Notes: generated from the letters alone by a model not told the origin. A DNA stretch of 64,000 nucleotides from Eledone cirrhosa (GCA_964016885.1 OZ024758.1:372001-436000); one strand, 5' to 3'; counted from the stretch's first letter, positions 12,852 to 26,388 are shown. Made by a program: numbers and translations.

Positions 12852-13002
12852 AACAGAGAAAGCTTTAAGCAATACTCTGACCGCCTTCCGTCTCACTCAA
12901 CAAACATTAGGATATACCTTAGTATAATCCCAATTTTACGTTTGGGGTGCTAACTATATGTATTTTGCGGTTAGCCAGTTGTATTATTTTATATGAGACA
13001 TA
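12852..13002. mobile_element. Unclassified (TA)n-adjacent dispersed repeat, family G, copy 1
   Basis: Collinear with 58781-58930 (CTCACTCAACAAACATTAGGA; ACGTTTGGGGTGCTAACTATAT; TGTATTATTTTATATGAGA). Confidence 0.75.
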
Positions 13003-13277
13003 ATTAAAATACATCTCCCTTTCCAAACAATTGTTTCATTATAAGTTTTCTACAAGTTGGGAAAATATGTCCAGGTTATGTAGAAGCCTACACATAGTCC
13101 GTAGGAATATATGCAGGTGGGCACTTATAAATCATCAGTGGATGCCCGTCAAATATCGATATAAAAAAATTTTCTTACCGATATCCAATGTTCAGCGATG
13201 GTCCCCTTCCGTGTCAGAATGACCGCCAAATTTGAAATTCCAGCAGTCTCAGAATGAGAAATTTCACACTGTCATCA

Positions 13278-13348
<71 letters not shown>

Positions 13349-13428
13349 CACTACCCCTCGATGTTTTGGACCCCAAGGACAGCTCCCCCACCATCTTGCT
13401 CAATGAAAACTGAGATAAATTTAATAAT

Positions 13429-13603
13429 TGTTTCTACTATTGGCACAAGGCCAGAAATTACGCAGTACATTACTGGTACTTTATTTTATCGACCCCGTAA
13501 GGATGAAAGGCAAAGTTAACCTCGGCGGGATTTGAACTCAGAATGGCAAGGACCGTAACTTTATGCGTCAAAGCATGGCGTCCGATCCTCTACCGATACT
13601 GCC
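13429..13603 (-). mobile_element. Deu/Nin-type SINE, short form
   Basis: Reverse complement of consensus. TSD TAATAAT. An extra tail stub follows at 13611-13632. Confidence 0.9.
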
Positions 13604-13964
13604 TAATAATTATTTCTACTTTTGGCACAAGGAATAATTGGAGCAAATTTGGAAGTGTGATATAATGAAATATAGACTTTCGGGTTGTCAACAATATTAA
13701 TAAAATTAATATCAACCTATTAATGAATTAATTTAAAAATATTAAATACACACATGCACACATGCAAACACACACATGCACACACGCACATACATACATA
13801 CGCCACACACACATATACGTAATTCTACCAGCTAGTTAATTATTAAATGCGAGCCAAAGGAGTTCGCTTAGGCGCTACTTTGATGTTGCGGCCATATTAA
13901 AAATGAAATAAAGATAAACGTTTAACTCAATGTTAGGTATTGCTGTTTTTGGAGTTGATAGTTA

Positions 13965-13999
<35 letters not shown>

Positions 14000-14005
<6 letters not shown>

Positions 14006-14289
14006 ACTAGAAATTGATTGACATATATATATATATCTAAAATAAACACATGAAACAATCACATGGGATATTTTATAAAGTGTGTAAGCACACACAGCTA
14101 GGTAGATAACTAGTTAAAGTTTAACTAGAACTTCAAATATAGATACCTTTTAAAATCATTAATTAATCAGATTAATCATTTTAAAAGGTATCTATATTTG
14201 AAGTTCTAGTTAAACTTTAATTAGTTACCTACCTAACTGTGTGTGCTTACACACTTTACAAATTATCCCCTGTGATCGTTTCATGTGTT

Positions 14290-14339
<50 letters not shown>

Positions 14340-14360
14340 CAATCAATTTCTAGTTGATAT
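14000..14360. repeat. Long foldback inverted repeat (arms about 160 bp, spacer about 10 bp)
   Basis: 14000-14160 is the reverse complement of 14171-14360, with scattered mismatches and different internal (TA)n lengths. Confidence 0.95.
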
Positions 14361-14602
14361 AAAATGCTCGGATCTATTCATTGGAATCTTTGAGCTTATT
14401 CTACGGTGGATATGGCGCATGTCTCGGACATGACTTCCTTAATTTAATTTGGGATATATATATATATATATATTCTTAAAGCTTGCTAGATTTGATTTTG
14501 TATATGGTTAATTATGCTAATTAGAAGAAGAAATAGTATATATTTTAATATCTGATGATTCTAAAGACATGATTTATGATATATATATATATATATGCAT
14601 TA

Positions 14603-14740
14603 CGAACTGAGGATCCACTAAGGTGAAACAATTATTCTCGGTATGGTGAACTAACTGTTGTATAACCACTTCTGTCTAACTCGTCCCATGGACTGAGTGC
14701 TCTACCACTACGGATATTACCTTCCAGTGTTCTACCACTA
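14603..14740 (+). ncRNA. Family B element with minimal type-I hammerhead ribozyme (two stem lesions)
   Basis: CGAA-CTGAGGA-TCC.ACTAA.GGT-GAAA-CAATTA-TT-CTCG at 14603-14640, then a 100-bp tail ending GTGTTCTACCAC. (TA)n on both sides. Confidence 0.7.
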
Positions 14741-14745
14741 TATAT

Positions 14746-14794
<49 letters not shown>

Positions 14795-14897
14795 TATATA
14801 TATATATGTATATATATATGTGTGTGCGTGCGTAAATATATATGTAAATAAAGATATATATATATATATGCATATACGTATATATGAATAGATATTC

Positions 14898-14977
<80 letters not shown>

Positions 14978-15454
14978 GTATATATATGTTTATAAATGTA
15001 TATATGTATTTATGTATATATATGTTTATAAATGTATATATGTATTTATGTATATATATGTTTATAAATGTATATATGCATTTATGTATATATATAAGTG
15101 ACTTTGCGTATGTATGCACATATGTGTTGGAGGAAAGAATGAACAGCCTTCATTGAAGATGGTGTGTAAGGACCACCCGCGAAATCTGCCAGTTCTTTCT
15201 CCCTCCATCTGAACCCTTTACATCCCGCCCATCTCCTCATTGCAGACATTGTATGGAAGCCGCTGTCACCATAGAGACTGCCAGTCCGTCATTCATGCCA
15301 GATCTACCAAACACACATCTCTTATCTTACCCTCTTCTTCCCTATTAACTTCGTCACCGCCATCTCACATTTCTCCCAGTCACTGCCAATGCCACATATA
15401 TTATACGACAGTAGCGTTAGCACCAGCATCAGTTCCTTTGAAACGAGACCCGCC

Positions 15455-15473
15455 GCTGCCAGCACCAGCGCCT

Positions 15474-15512
<39 letters not shown>

Positions 15513-15698
15513 CCACCACCACCACCACCAACACCACCACCACCATCACCAAAAGCACCAGCAGCCCCACCAGCACCAGCACCAGCACCAGCACCACCAC
15601 CACCACCACCACTACCACCACCACCAGCACCACAAGCAGCATCACAACCACCAGCACCAGCACCAGCACCACCAGCACCACCACCAACACCACCACCA
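15455..15698. repeat. Mixed (CAG)/(CAC) trinucleotide repeat
   Basis: Direct sequence. Explains the Pro/Ala-, Thr/Ser- and Gly-rich ORFs. Confidence 0.95.
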
Positions 15699-16063
15699 TC
15701 TATATGATAATCTGATCCTTGTAAAGCCATAGTCAAATATTTGTGAAGCGAATTTCGTAACAACACAGTTACATCCACTCACACAGACAGACACACACAT
15801 ACACAAATACACAAACAAACGCACACGCAAACTATATAATAATTAGAGTGTCGATTAAGTTGAAATGTGTAGAAAATGTAGAAAATCTTGAATCGAACTC
15901 TGTACCTCAGAATTTGGGAAGTACAGACCTTGATACTCTGTTGCGGTTGGTGGATATTTTTCACATCTATAATGAAATTGTGTGCAATTTTGAAAGCTGG
16001 TCCACTGCTACCATCCTGCGTCCGAGATTATATATATATACATACATACATACATACATACAT

Positions 16064-16178
<115 letters not shown>

Positions 16179-16249
16179 TATATATATATAGATATATATA
16201 TGTATATTTGTATATATATATATATATATTTATTAAAATAACAGATTAA

Positions 16250-16300
16250 AGTTTAAGCAAAGAATCGCTGCTTTCACCCTTAACGGGATCTTCTGAAACT
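16250..16300 (-). ncRNA. Family A hammerhead-like fold (CAGAAGA core), inverted copy
   Basis: Exact reverse complement of 16351-16401. Part of 80-bp inverted arms 16226-16305 / 16346-16425. Confidence 0.7.
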
Positions 16301-16350
16301 AACAAAGTCAATCTGTAAACGCAGAAGTGGATATTTCAAAAAACGTTGTT

Positions 16351-16401
16351 AGTTTCAGAAGATCCCGTTAAGGGTGAAAGCAGCGATTCTTTGCTTAAAC
16401 T
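16351..16401 (+). ncRNA. Family A hammerhead-like fold (CAGAAGA core)
   Basis: Stem I AGTTT/AAACT; core CAGAAGA; stem II T.CCC-GTTAA-GGG.T; GAAA; stem III GCAG/TTGC; NUH = CUU. The element tail runs to about 16512 and recurs inverted at 5355-5475. Confidence 0.7.
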
Positions 16402-16511
16402 TTAATCTGTTATTTTAATAAATATTTGCTCTACGGCTCTTATATATTTGATATATATTTATCCTTATCGAGCCCTCTTTGGATTTTAGTCTTCTAATTT
16501 ATTATTATTAC

Positions 16512-16547
<36 letters not shown>

Positions 16548-16659
16548 ATATATATATATATATAGGAACCAGTAAGACCCCGACAGCTGAGCTCAAGCCG
16601 TTTCGACGGCTAATTCTGGACGCATTTTGCATGTATATATAGACTTTAGCTATACATAT

Positions 16660-16765
<106 letters not shown>

Positions 16766-17053
16766 ATATGTATAGCTAAAGTCTATATATACATGCAAAT
16801 TGATATATAGTTATATATAGTACACAATCAACAGTAGGTAGTCTATACAAAATATATCAAAGTGTTTTTTTTATAAAAGGAAGACAAGCTAATAGAAACA
16901 AATTATGGGTATCTAATATATTTTTGTACTGCCCGGTTTCAGTTATACGTAGCTGTTCAAAGTTGCATTTTCAATATTATAATAGTGCTCATGTTGTGTA
17001 TTTTTAACTCGTTTTATTAGGTATATATATCTATATATCTATATATCTATCTA

Positions 17054-17084
<31 letters not shown>

Positions 17085-17109
17085 ATGTATATATATATTA
17101 TATAACTGT

Positions 17110-17171
<62 letters not shown>

Positions 17172-17850
17172 GCACACATACACACATATATCAATGATAT
17201 TAATAAATGGAAACTACATTTATAAAACCATATTTATTCTATTATAAATATATATAATAGAATAAATATGGTTTTATAAATATAGTTTCCATTTATTAAT
17301 ATCATTGTTATTATACTCCAGAAAACTTGTCGAGTGCTTCGAATCAGTTATAAATATATATATTTGTTGAATTACCAACAAATTAAATATCCCTTTTGCT
17401 TATATATATATATATAATCAGATTCAGCGTGACACAAACAACTGAGTGGCCTGAAGGAACGTGAAATGGTTAGTAGTATTAAGACGTAACTATATGCTAC
17501 AAAACAAGTTATCCGAACTTCTACCGATACTGCCAACCCTCTGCTCAATATTTGTTTATATATTGCCTTTCTTGTGGGTAGTCTCTTTGTATTTGGTTTG
17601 GAAATAAGCATTCTCTGTTCAATCAAGAAATAATTCATGAATAATCGAGAAAATGATAAAAAGCAACTGCAGGACAATCTTCATTTCATTACCTCTAGGA
17701 AAAATCAAACAGCAGTATATATATGAGCATAGATCGCTAGTTATCATTATCAATGTACCAAGTCAAATTTTCGGCTTTTAACCGCTGAGAATATATACAT
17801 ATATATATATAAGTATTGAACACATACTTTTTAGTTAATCTTAATATTTT

Positions 17851-18044
17851 AGTATCGGTGGAGCGTCGGACAACTTGCTTATGAGTTATGGCTCTTTACG
17901 ATCTGAGTTTAAATCTTGCTGAGGTTAGCTTTGCCTTTCGTCCTTACAGGATCGATAAAATAAAGTACCAGTAATGCACAAGAATCGACTTAATCGAGTT
18001 TCCCCTTCCCCCAAATTGTTCGCCTTGTGCCTAAATCAGAAACC
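17851..18044 (+). mobile_element. Deu/Nin-type SINE, long form
   Basis: Consensus match with TCGACTTAATCGA-CCCC segment and AATCAGAAACC tail. TSD AATATTTT. Confidence 0.9.
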
Positions 18045-19339
18045 AATATTTTGTAAGATAAGTATTACACCAAGAACCAATAACCTGTAACGATTGATCA
18101 AATACAATTTGTCTCCTTGCTTCTACTAGTGATGGTGGCAATAGTTGTATGATATGTTATTGGTTGTCTTTGCTTGTCAAAGTGAATATGATAATGATAC
18201 CATGTCATTGGCCTTGACTGCTAGGACGTGATGGATCTTATTTTCATACCAATTTCAGTTAGTTTAGATAGACATCATACTATACTACAACAACGGCTGC
18301 CACTTTCTTACACGATCATTTATTTATTATTATTTTTTTGCTTTCTGTTTGTTTTCCTTTCGCTGTTATTTTTTGTTTTATAAATTTGTTTTTAAAAATG
18401 CCAAAAATCAAACAAACAAACAAACAAAAATACCCCAAGAAAATTAAAGAAAACGAAAAGAAAAACAACGCTAATAAGAACAACAATCAAGAAAACAACA
18501 TGGAAAGAGAGATGCCACAATCGGGGTGGGTAAGAAGAGTAACAAAGTAAATAAAAATAAAACTGAAGGAAAAACATATATGGTTTTCACCGTGAAAGAA
18601 GTTTCTGGAAAAATAAACAATATTTTTTTTCACATATCGAGGAAAATACGAAGAATTTCGTGAAAATAATAATACTAAAAAAAGACAAACAAATTCAGTG
18701 TGAATAAAAGAAGAAAGACTAATATGAAGTGAAAATTGAGAAAACAGAAATATGTGAATTTCTACATTTACTAAATGACAGAAACTATTTTTTCGTCTTT
18801 GTTTTGATACTCCTAAGAACAAACTGTTTCTAATTTCAAATTTTAAAAAGTAAGAACAAAACTTTCACAGCGGTAGGTTTCACTCAGTAGAAGGTATTCT
18901 TTTAAAACTTTGGCATAGCTTGGAACAATGATATCTTTGGGTTAAAAACGTCGAATTGACGAAACCTTCATCATTCTTGTTATTCATTCTATTAATCCTA
19001 TTCTTTTATACATTTACTCTTTTAGTTTCAGTCATTGGATCACGATTATGCCAGGGCGCCGAAGTCGAATATATTAAGTAATAGTGTAAAGGAAAGCAAC
19101 ACAATACCGATTCTTATTACTTCACAATAGTATATATTTATATATATATATATATACACTATTATATATATGTATGTGTGTGAGTTTGTATGTATATATA
19201 CACACAAACTCACACTTGACATACGGCGTTTCTTGGGCTTTTAAAACCTGGTGGGGCCCATCCCTCTCTAGGCAGCAGATTTCTTCCAGATATAGATAGA
19301 AGGTGAGAGAGAGGAAATGAGAAGGAGATATAGAGGAAG

Positions 19340-19500
19340 AATCGACCCCAGTACTAGGCTGATACTTTTTTTTATCGACCTCGAAAGGATGAAAGGCAAA
19401 GTTGACCTCGATGGCATTTGAACTCAGTGAGCATAGAGCCGGGAAGAATAACATAAAGCTTTTCATCCGACGTTCTAATGACTCTGCCAATTCGTCGCCT
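19340..19500 (-). mobile_element. Deu/Nin-type SINE (related subfamily, partial)
   Basis: TTATCGACC..GAAAGGATGAAAGGCAAAGTTGACCTCG...TTTGAACTCAG...TCTGCCAATTCG. Confidence 0.8.
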
Positions 19501-20785
19501 AAGATTCTATACGTCTGTGTTATACAGAAACCCGAGCAAAATTAAGCGATTACATTTGGGTTTTGAAAAAGAGAAAAATATTCTCAGAAAATTTGGTATA
19601 TTTTCCTACATTCGTCCTTAATAAATAAGTGGTGTGGTGTTAATGTGTATATCATGCTTTCATAAGATGTCTCTCATCTTTGACACGAAAGAAGTTTGCT
19701 GTTGTGTCTAAGCAACTTATATGAGAACAGGTCCGGAATGGAAAGTTATATCTTTAGTTAAAGAGTGAACGTACAAGCAGTTTTTGACAAAGTATTACTG
19801 TACATTGAATGATTGTTTGCTCTCTACTTAGATATGTTTGCTTTAAATTAACCATTTAATCATACATATATCTACAGACACAAGCACTCACTGCCATCAC
19901 AAAGGTACATCAGGCATACAGAGGACTACCCCACCCCCGAAAAAAAAACAAGATATAATAGCCAATCGTTTATTGCAATCATTCAACTTACATCCATACA
20001 TACATGTACATAATATATAATTACACACACCAACACATCCATGCACACACACACATATATACACATCCATGCCATATGTATACACACATATATATGTATA
20101 TACACACAGATATATATATACACACACACATATATATATATATATATGCACCCACACACACACGCAGTTTGTGTGTGTATGTGAGTGTGTGATAATGACA
20201 GAGAGAAAGAGACGGGGGGGGGGGGGGTTGAGAAAAAAGGAGATATACACACACTCCACACGTACGTACACGATATTCTCTATGTGCTTTAAAAAAGAAG
20301 CTTTACATATATGGTATAGATAAAAGTGCTGAAGCAAAGGTGGGTGTAAACGTGAGTGTTTATGTTCGTGCATATTAATATGTTGACAATTGTCAAACAT
20401 CAAAAGAAGCGCAGCAATTCAGTAACAAACTTGAAATACCTTCAGTAATCGCTTCAGTAACGTAATACGTTTACTTAAAGAATCGACCCACCCCCAAATC
20501 CATCTCCCTTCTGACGCCTTACAATATAAATAATAATAACAATGATAACAAAAAGGCTACACCGGAAATAACAAAATTCAAAGAAATATACAAAAACTAT
20601 GGGAAATCACCACAAAAATATAAATAAATAAAATAAAGTAATAGGAAAAAAGGTTTATGACCAGAAATGTAGATACATTAAAATACATTATTCAATAGAA
20701 AAGAATACATGCATTGTTATGTCTTCTGTTAAACAAATATCAAACGCAATTTCGGAAGACATTTTCTGATAAAAAAAGTTACATA

Positions 20786-20985
20786 CGAAGGTTGGCTGAA
20801 TAGTTCATAGGCTGACCAAGATACTCTCACGGAATGACCCAATGAGGTTTATTTTTCTAGGTAGTCACTGGAAAGAAACAATGCAGTTATTAATAAGAAG
20901 AGTTAAACTTAAATACATGCAAGACTTCACAGCTCTAGCATCAATCCTTAATTTGTCAGCCTATGAACGTTTCAATCGACCCTCG
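20786..20985. mobile_element. Tc1/mariner-type MITE, 200 bp
   Basis: TIRs of about 31 bp: CGAAGGTTGGCTGAATAGTTCATAGGCTGAC / GTCAGCCTATGAACGTTTCAATCGACCCTCG. TA on both sides. A further partial copy lies at about 32413-32490. Confidence 0.85.
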
Positions 20986-22372
20986 TAAATGATAGATTAC
21001 GGAAATGAAGAGAAGAAAATCCATAGATTTAACAGGTTACAAAAGAATAACTTATCGGCGCCAACAACGGCCATCGACTTATTCCGGAGACACTGGTCTT
21101 GTGCCTCTTTTTGAAATCATTATTTTGGAGAAACAAAATACGAAACATATTTCAACTTTTTTGTCTTAACATTTGTTTTATCGTGCCTAGAATCCCGCGA
21201 TACGAAATATATATATACATCTTACTAAATGTATTTTGTACGTTTTAAAAACAATAGTCACTGCTTTATTACAGCTTCTACTCAGTATTGTAGAATATTT
21301 AGTTTGACGACTTCTTTAAAAATATTTTGCATTTTTTAGTGAAGAGAAACAAAACAAAAGGTTCAAATATATTTCTTGTATATATTTGATACTCAAGCAT
21401 TTCTTTTTTATTATTTATTTCACTAGGCGTGTATAAAATTAAAATATGAAAAAAGTCCACAAAGGAGAAAAAGTATGATACAGTATTTACACAGAAGAGA
21501 ATAAAATGTTCCTAGGAATGAAATGAAGTGGTTCATTATTGAGAATGCACTAATCAGACTAGTGAGGCCATTGAGAAGGATTATAGTAAAAAAGAAACTA
21601 TCATCCTTTTCATGATGGCCAGTAAAAGGAGCACTTTATGGAAACTCATTTTTTATTTTATTTACAAATTTTGAATTATTTTTTTTATGTTACTAAAAAT
21701 GGTGGTGATTGAAAATCAACAAAATTATTGGATATTTTGTGGCAATACAAATGAATGTTTCATCAAATGGTGTATCACTGAATGCAATACACTTGAGGGG
21801 AAAACGTTTTGGATTTTATGTTTGCCAAACCAGGACTCACTTGTGTTTCAAACATTTCCAAAATTCTTCTTTCCGCTACCTGCAATACTTCTGTCTGTGA
21901 AGCTAATATATTCGGAACTAGATTTCTCCATGAGGATAACAAGTACATTTTGAGATGAAAATAGACCTTTAATATCTCGTTCTTCAAGTATGTTACATTA
22001 ATTCGAATCAAATTTCCTTCTTAGAAAAAATATACATTAATTACTCCTGTTTTTGGTGAAGCTAGGTATGTGACGATGGTCACAACCTTAACATTCATAG
22101 CGAAATGCCTTCAAATGTTTTTAATAAACATCCAATATACAATATGTACATTTATACATTTATTTGTTATATTTGGAGATGGTCATTTTACCAATACAAT
22201 ATCTGTTTCAACATAAGATTTCACAAGAATCTTGTAAAACAAATATATAAACGTATAAATTAATTATTTCTCTTAAATATTTCTGGGAAATATTACTCTA
22301 AAATAATCAGAAATATACACGTGACCTTTTATTTTCATTTTATATTCACTTTTCTCTCTTCATATTTCGATA

Positions 22373-22678
22373 TATAGTATTCCTTCTCAATAGAGCTGTC
22401 TTGTCGCGTATACACGCCGCCTTGCCGCCTGCCTTTCCCGGCAGCGACTCGCAAACGTACGGGTCGGCGGCGGAACCGCCTAGGCGGCGGGTTGGATTCC
22501 TTTCCGCCGTCTACACAGGGCATCCCCGAAGGAGGCTAGATGGCGGCGTGTTGTCGTCGCGTCGACGAAGCTACACCATGCCGCCGTTCGGGCGTCGTCG
22601 TCGGCTGGATTCCCCTGCAGCCACACAGGTCGTTCTATAGTATATATTTATAGTATTCCTTCGCAATAGAGCTGTCTT
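22373..22678. mobile_element. Unclassified GC/CpG-rich insertion bounded by 30-bp direct repeats
   Basis: TATAGTATTCCTTC(T/G)CAATAGAGCTGTCTT at 22373-22402 and 22649-22678 (29/30 identical). Confidence 0.6.
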
Positions 22679-22799
22679 TCTATTACTTCGTTCTATCGTT
22701 TCTTCAAACGTTCTCCATTAATCACCACCTTTTCACTCCTGCCCTCAGTTAACCAGGCCTTTATTTACACATTCACTTGTTTTCTCTTTTTAACTTTCA

Positions 22800-22866
<67 letters not shown>

Positions 22867-23283
22867 TCCCCCTCTCTCTCCCTCGCTCTCTCTTCCGCCT
22901 TACTGCCTATGTATCTCCCCGCCTTTCTCACATATATATTTCACTATCTCCTCTCTCTCATGTTCACACTTGGTTCATGACGTGTTTAATATCCTCACCA
23001 GTACACTTTGTTTAGACATGAGCGAATTTTAAGTGTTTTTGATTCTGATGACAAGCATTCTAAACTCAATTATTTTTATTTTTCCTTACTTCTTTATTAC
23101 GAGGCACTCCTCTGTGACATAGCGGGTGATCCGTTCGTCCGGGCATCAGACATCCAATCCCTATTGCTTTCCATATTTAGCAAGACGTTTCATTATCCCA
23201 CCTTCACTTCATTGCTTTTCTCTGTTCTTTTGTTATATTGTTTACTCCTTACATCTCTCTCTCTCTCCCCCTGTGATATAATA

Positions 23284-23348
<65 letters not shown>

Positions 23349-23418
23349 TACATTAACATTTTGTTAAAAAATCCAAAGGGTCAGGGCACTCAGTCAGTAG
23401 AACAAGTGATTTATAAGT

Positions 23419-23572
23419 AAATTAGATTACTACAACAATTGCATAATGCGAATACGCGCGTTTCGTTAGCATATTCGATAACGACAACTACTCAATTCAC
23501 CATGTTACTGTTAATTAATACGTTAACGAAACACATGTGTTCGCGTTATGCAATCACTGTAATAATCTAATT
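23419..23572. repeat. Old imperfect inverted repeat containing decayed hammerhead folds
   Basis: Arms 23419-23475 / 23517-23572. Minus strand 23448-23500 reads GTGAA-TTGAGTA-GTT..AAC-GAAA-CGCGCG-TA-TTCGC. Confidence 0.6.
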
Positions 23573-24120
23573 GAATTGTACACACACACATACACACACA
23601 CACATATATATATATACATATATGACTGATATGCTTCAGAAAGTCTGTACAAGGGGGTAGACATATATAAAGGGTAAAGAATGACAAATAAAACAAAACA
23701 AAATAATGTTTTACTCAGTATATTTCAACATAATATTTCGAGGCTCCTACTCTCTTCTTAAACGTAAAAACTAAAACGGTTCAAAACTGCTGACTTCCTT
23801 TACACGCATCATTTATTTCTTGGTGACAAAATTTCCATCGCACCCTTTGCAACCTGGTTATTGATTCTTTCACGATGGTTTATTTATTAAGCTAAAACTT
23901 CGCTGGATTCGGAACTCAGAGTAAAAGCAAAATATTATAAACATAAATTATCTAAAGTTTTCGGCTGCCAACTTGCCATATATTAAATTTAATCGCTTTT
24001 AATACAAACAACATCAAATGTGACATTTTCTTCAATAAAGAATGCAGAAATGGTATACCGTTTATACATCTCTCACATAAGTAACTTTCTGATTTTCCTT
24101 TAACACTTTCATTATTTCTT

Positions 24121-24293
24121 GGATTGGCAGTATCGGTAGAGGGTCGGACGCCATGCTTTCCAGTTACGTCCCTTTACGATCTGAGTTGAAATCCCGCCGA
24201 GGTTGACTTTGCCTTTCATCCTTACGGGGTCGATAAAATAAAGTACCAGTAATGTACTGAGTAATTGCTGGCCTTGTGCCTAAAGTAGAAACA
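24121..24293 (+). mobile_element. Deu/Nin-type SINE, short form
   Basis: Consensus match. Perfect 10-bp TSD ATTATTTCTT (24111-24120, 24294-24303). Confidence 0.92.
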
Positions 24294-25285
24294 ATTATTT
24301 CTTAACATAAAATAATGTCAAAATTCTTTCATTACTCGTCTATGACTAAATGTATTTGTTTGCCTGCCTCCCAATCAGTATCTTTGAAAACTGATAGTGT
24401 TAAGGAACGTTAGAGTTAAAAAAATCCCGCAATGAATAAAGAGACATACATTTGTTTTGATTTCTATATATATTTTCTTTCTATTGCTCCTGGAAATTTC
24501 ATATTTTATATTTGTTAGTTCTAACTCTAAATATTTGAGTAAAATATTTTAAATATTGATGTCGTTTGGGTTCTAATTTTCTACAGTTTTATATCTTTAG
24601 CGATGTCATGTAGCGCTTGAACTCCTTGTGATCTTGGCGACTTTAAAATCTCTTGTGGAGATTGCACCGGAGTGGTTTCATTTTCTACGCTCGCTGCAAG
24701 GAAACATTTGAACTCAACACTGCAAGCTCACACAAAAACCGAATGGTTAATTATATAACATTCTTACTCCCCACAGCAGTAAACCTCACTGCATATTGCA
24801 TATAATTAAAGCTAGATGGACTCGACTATTGAACATTGCCTTGGTTATGGACACATTAAAGTGTCGGTGACAGAATAAAAACTATCGATTCTTCGGCCAG
24901 TTATCCGATACCCCTATCGACTTGGCTATCTGAAACGTACAAATATATTCAAAGTATAGACAATAATTTAAGCATAGTCTGATAATGAAGGAGTCTGTAA
25001 ATTTATCTCAGGTTATTTCATGTTGTTATGGGGGTCATATTAGTTTTCGAAATATCTCATTATCACCAGTGCTTAGCTCCGGTTTCGTAAGATAATTACC
25101 ACCCCAAGGGAAAGAATGCCGAGTGTAAGATCTGAGTTAGGGTGTATATAATTAAATGTTCTGCTCGGAGACAACAAAAAATATGAAATCAGAATGTATA
25201 TCAAGATAGTTCTACTAGTTATTCACCTGGACATTCCGCCAGAAATGTAATATTCTAATACAGTTTTAGCGTATTATATTCTTTA

Positions 25286-25472
25286 GGATGGTAGATTGGC
25301 AGTATCGGTAGATGGGAGGACGCCATGCGTTGCAGCATAGAATTACGGCCATTTACGGTCTGAGATCAAATCCCGCCGAGATTAATTTGCCTTTCATCCT
25401 TATGGGGTCGATAAAATAAAGCAGCAGTAATGCACTGAGGTAATTACTGGCCTTGTGCCAAAAGTAGAAACG
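25286..25472 (+). mobile_element. Deu/Nin-type SINE, short form, near full length
   Basis: Consensus match. 13-bp TSD ATTATAT(T/C)CTTTA. Confidence 0.92.
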
Positions 25473-25691
25473 ATTATATCCTTTACGTATTATGATCAAC
25501 ATGATTGTTGCCGCAAAATATGACAGAACAAAGACATATATATATATATAGTTTTCGGTTTATTTGTAGATAACATTACTATATCGATATAAGGATAGAC
25601 AATCAATCAAGTATTAAACCTAGACTAATTTTAATATCTCTCTCTCTCCACCTTCCCTCTCTATTCCTCTCTCTCCTCTCTCTATATGTGT

Positions 25692-25728
<37 letters not shown>

Positions 25729-26219
25729 CACAAACACATACATATATATATGTATGTGTGCATGTATATGTATGAGTGTGTGTGTGCATGTGTGTGTATG
25801 TGGCACACGAGTGTGTGTATATGTGTATGTATGTGTTTGTCAATTCCTGCATACGTCGTTAATGCCTTCTGTCTTACAGAAAATAATTATGCTAATCATT
25901 TCTGACAGTAACGGAAATGGTTGGTGTCTTCCAGTCGGCAGACGTATTCGTCAAGTTTTCTTATGCCCTTCTTTGAGCAGTAATCTTAGTTTCGTCAGTT
26001 TGTCCATTCACTCAGCCGTGTTTACATATTGCCATATATTTCCACATATAAACAGACACAGACAAGCATGATGCAGGTATTTATTTATGCACAAGTATCT
26101 TCTTTTATAACTACTCTATAATTGAGTATCTATACATTATCGCATTTTATGTCGTTGGGTATACATCAAAAATATATACACTTATGTATTCACCCCCCCC
26201 CCACACACACACATACATA

Positions 26220-26258
<39 letters not shown>

Positions 26259-26298
26259 GCGACATACCGCTACGGTTTTGATTATTCAATAGTGGCAG

Positions 26299-26388
<90 letters not shown>

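Noticed and set aside
15240-15778. Pro/Ala-rich or Gly-rich protein ORFs (formin- or mucin-like)
   Set aside because: Entirely explained by the CAG/CAC triplet tract, which is open in several frames on both strands.
21690-22020. Overlapping ORFs with faint Helitron Rep-like words (CTCYPHGEI; PQVYCIQ)
   Set aside because: Requires several frameshifts and the similarity is too weak by eye; tBLASTx against Helitron proteins would decide.
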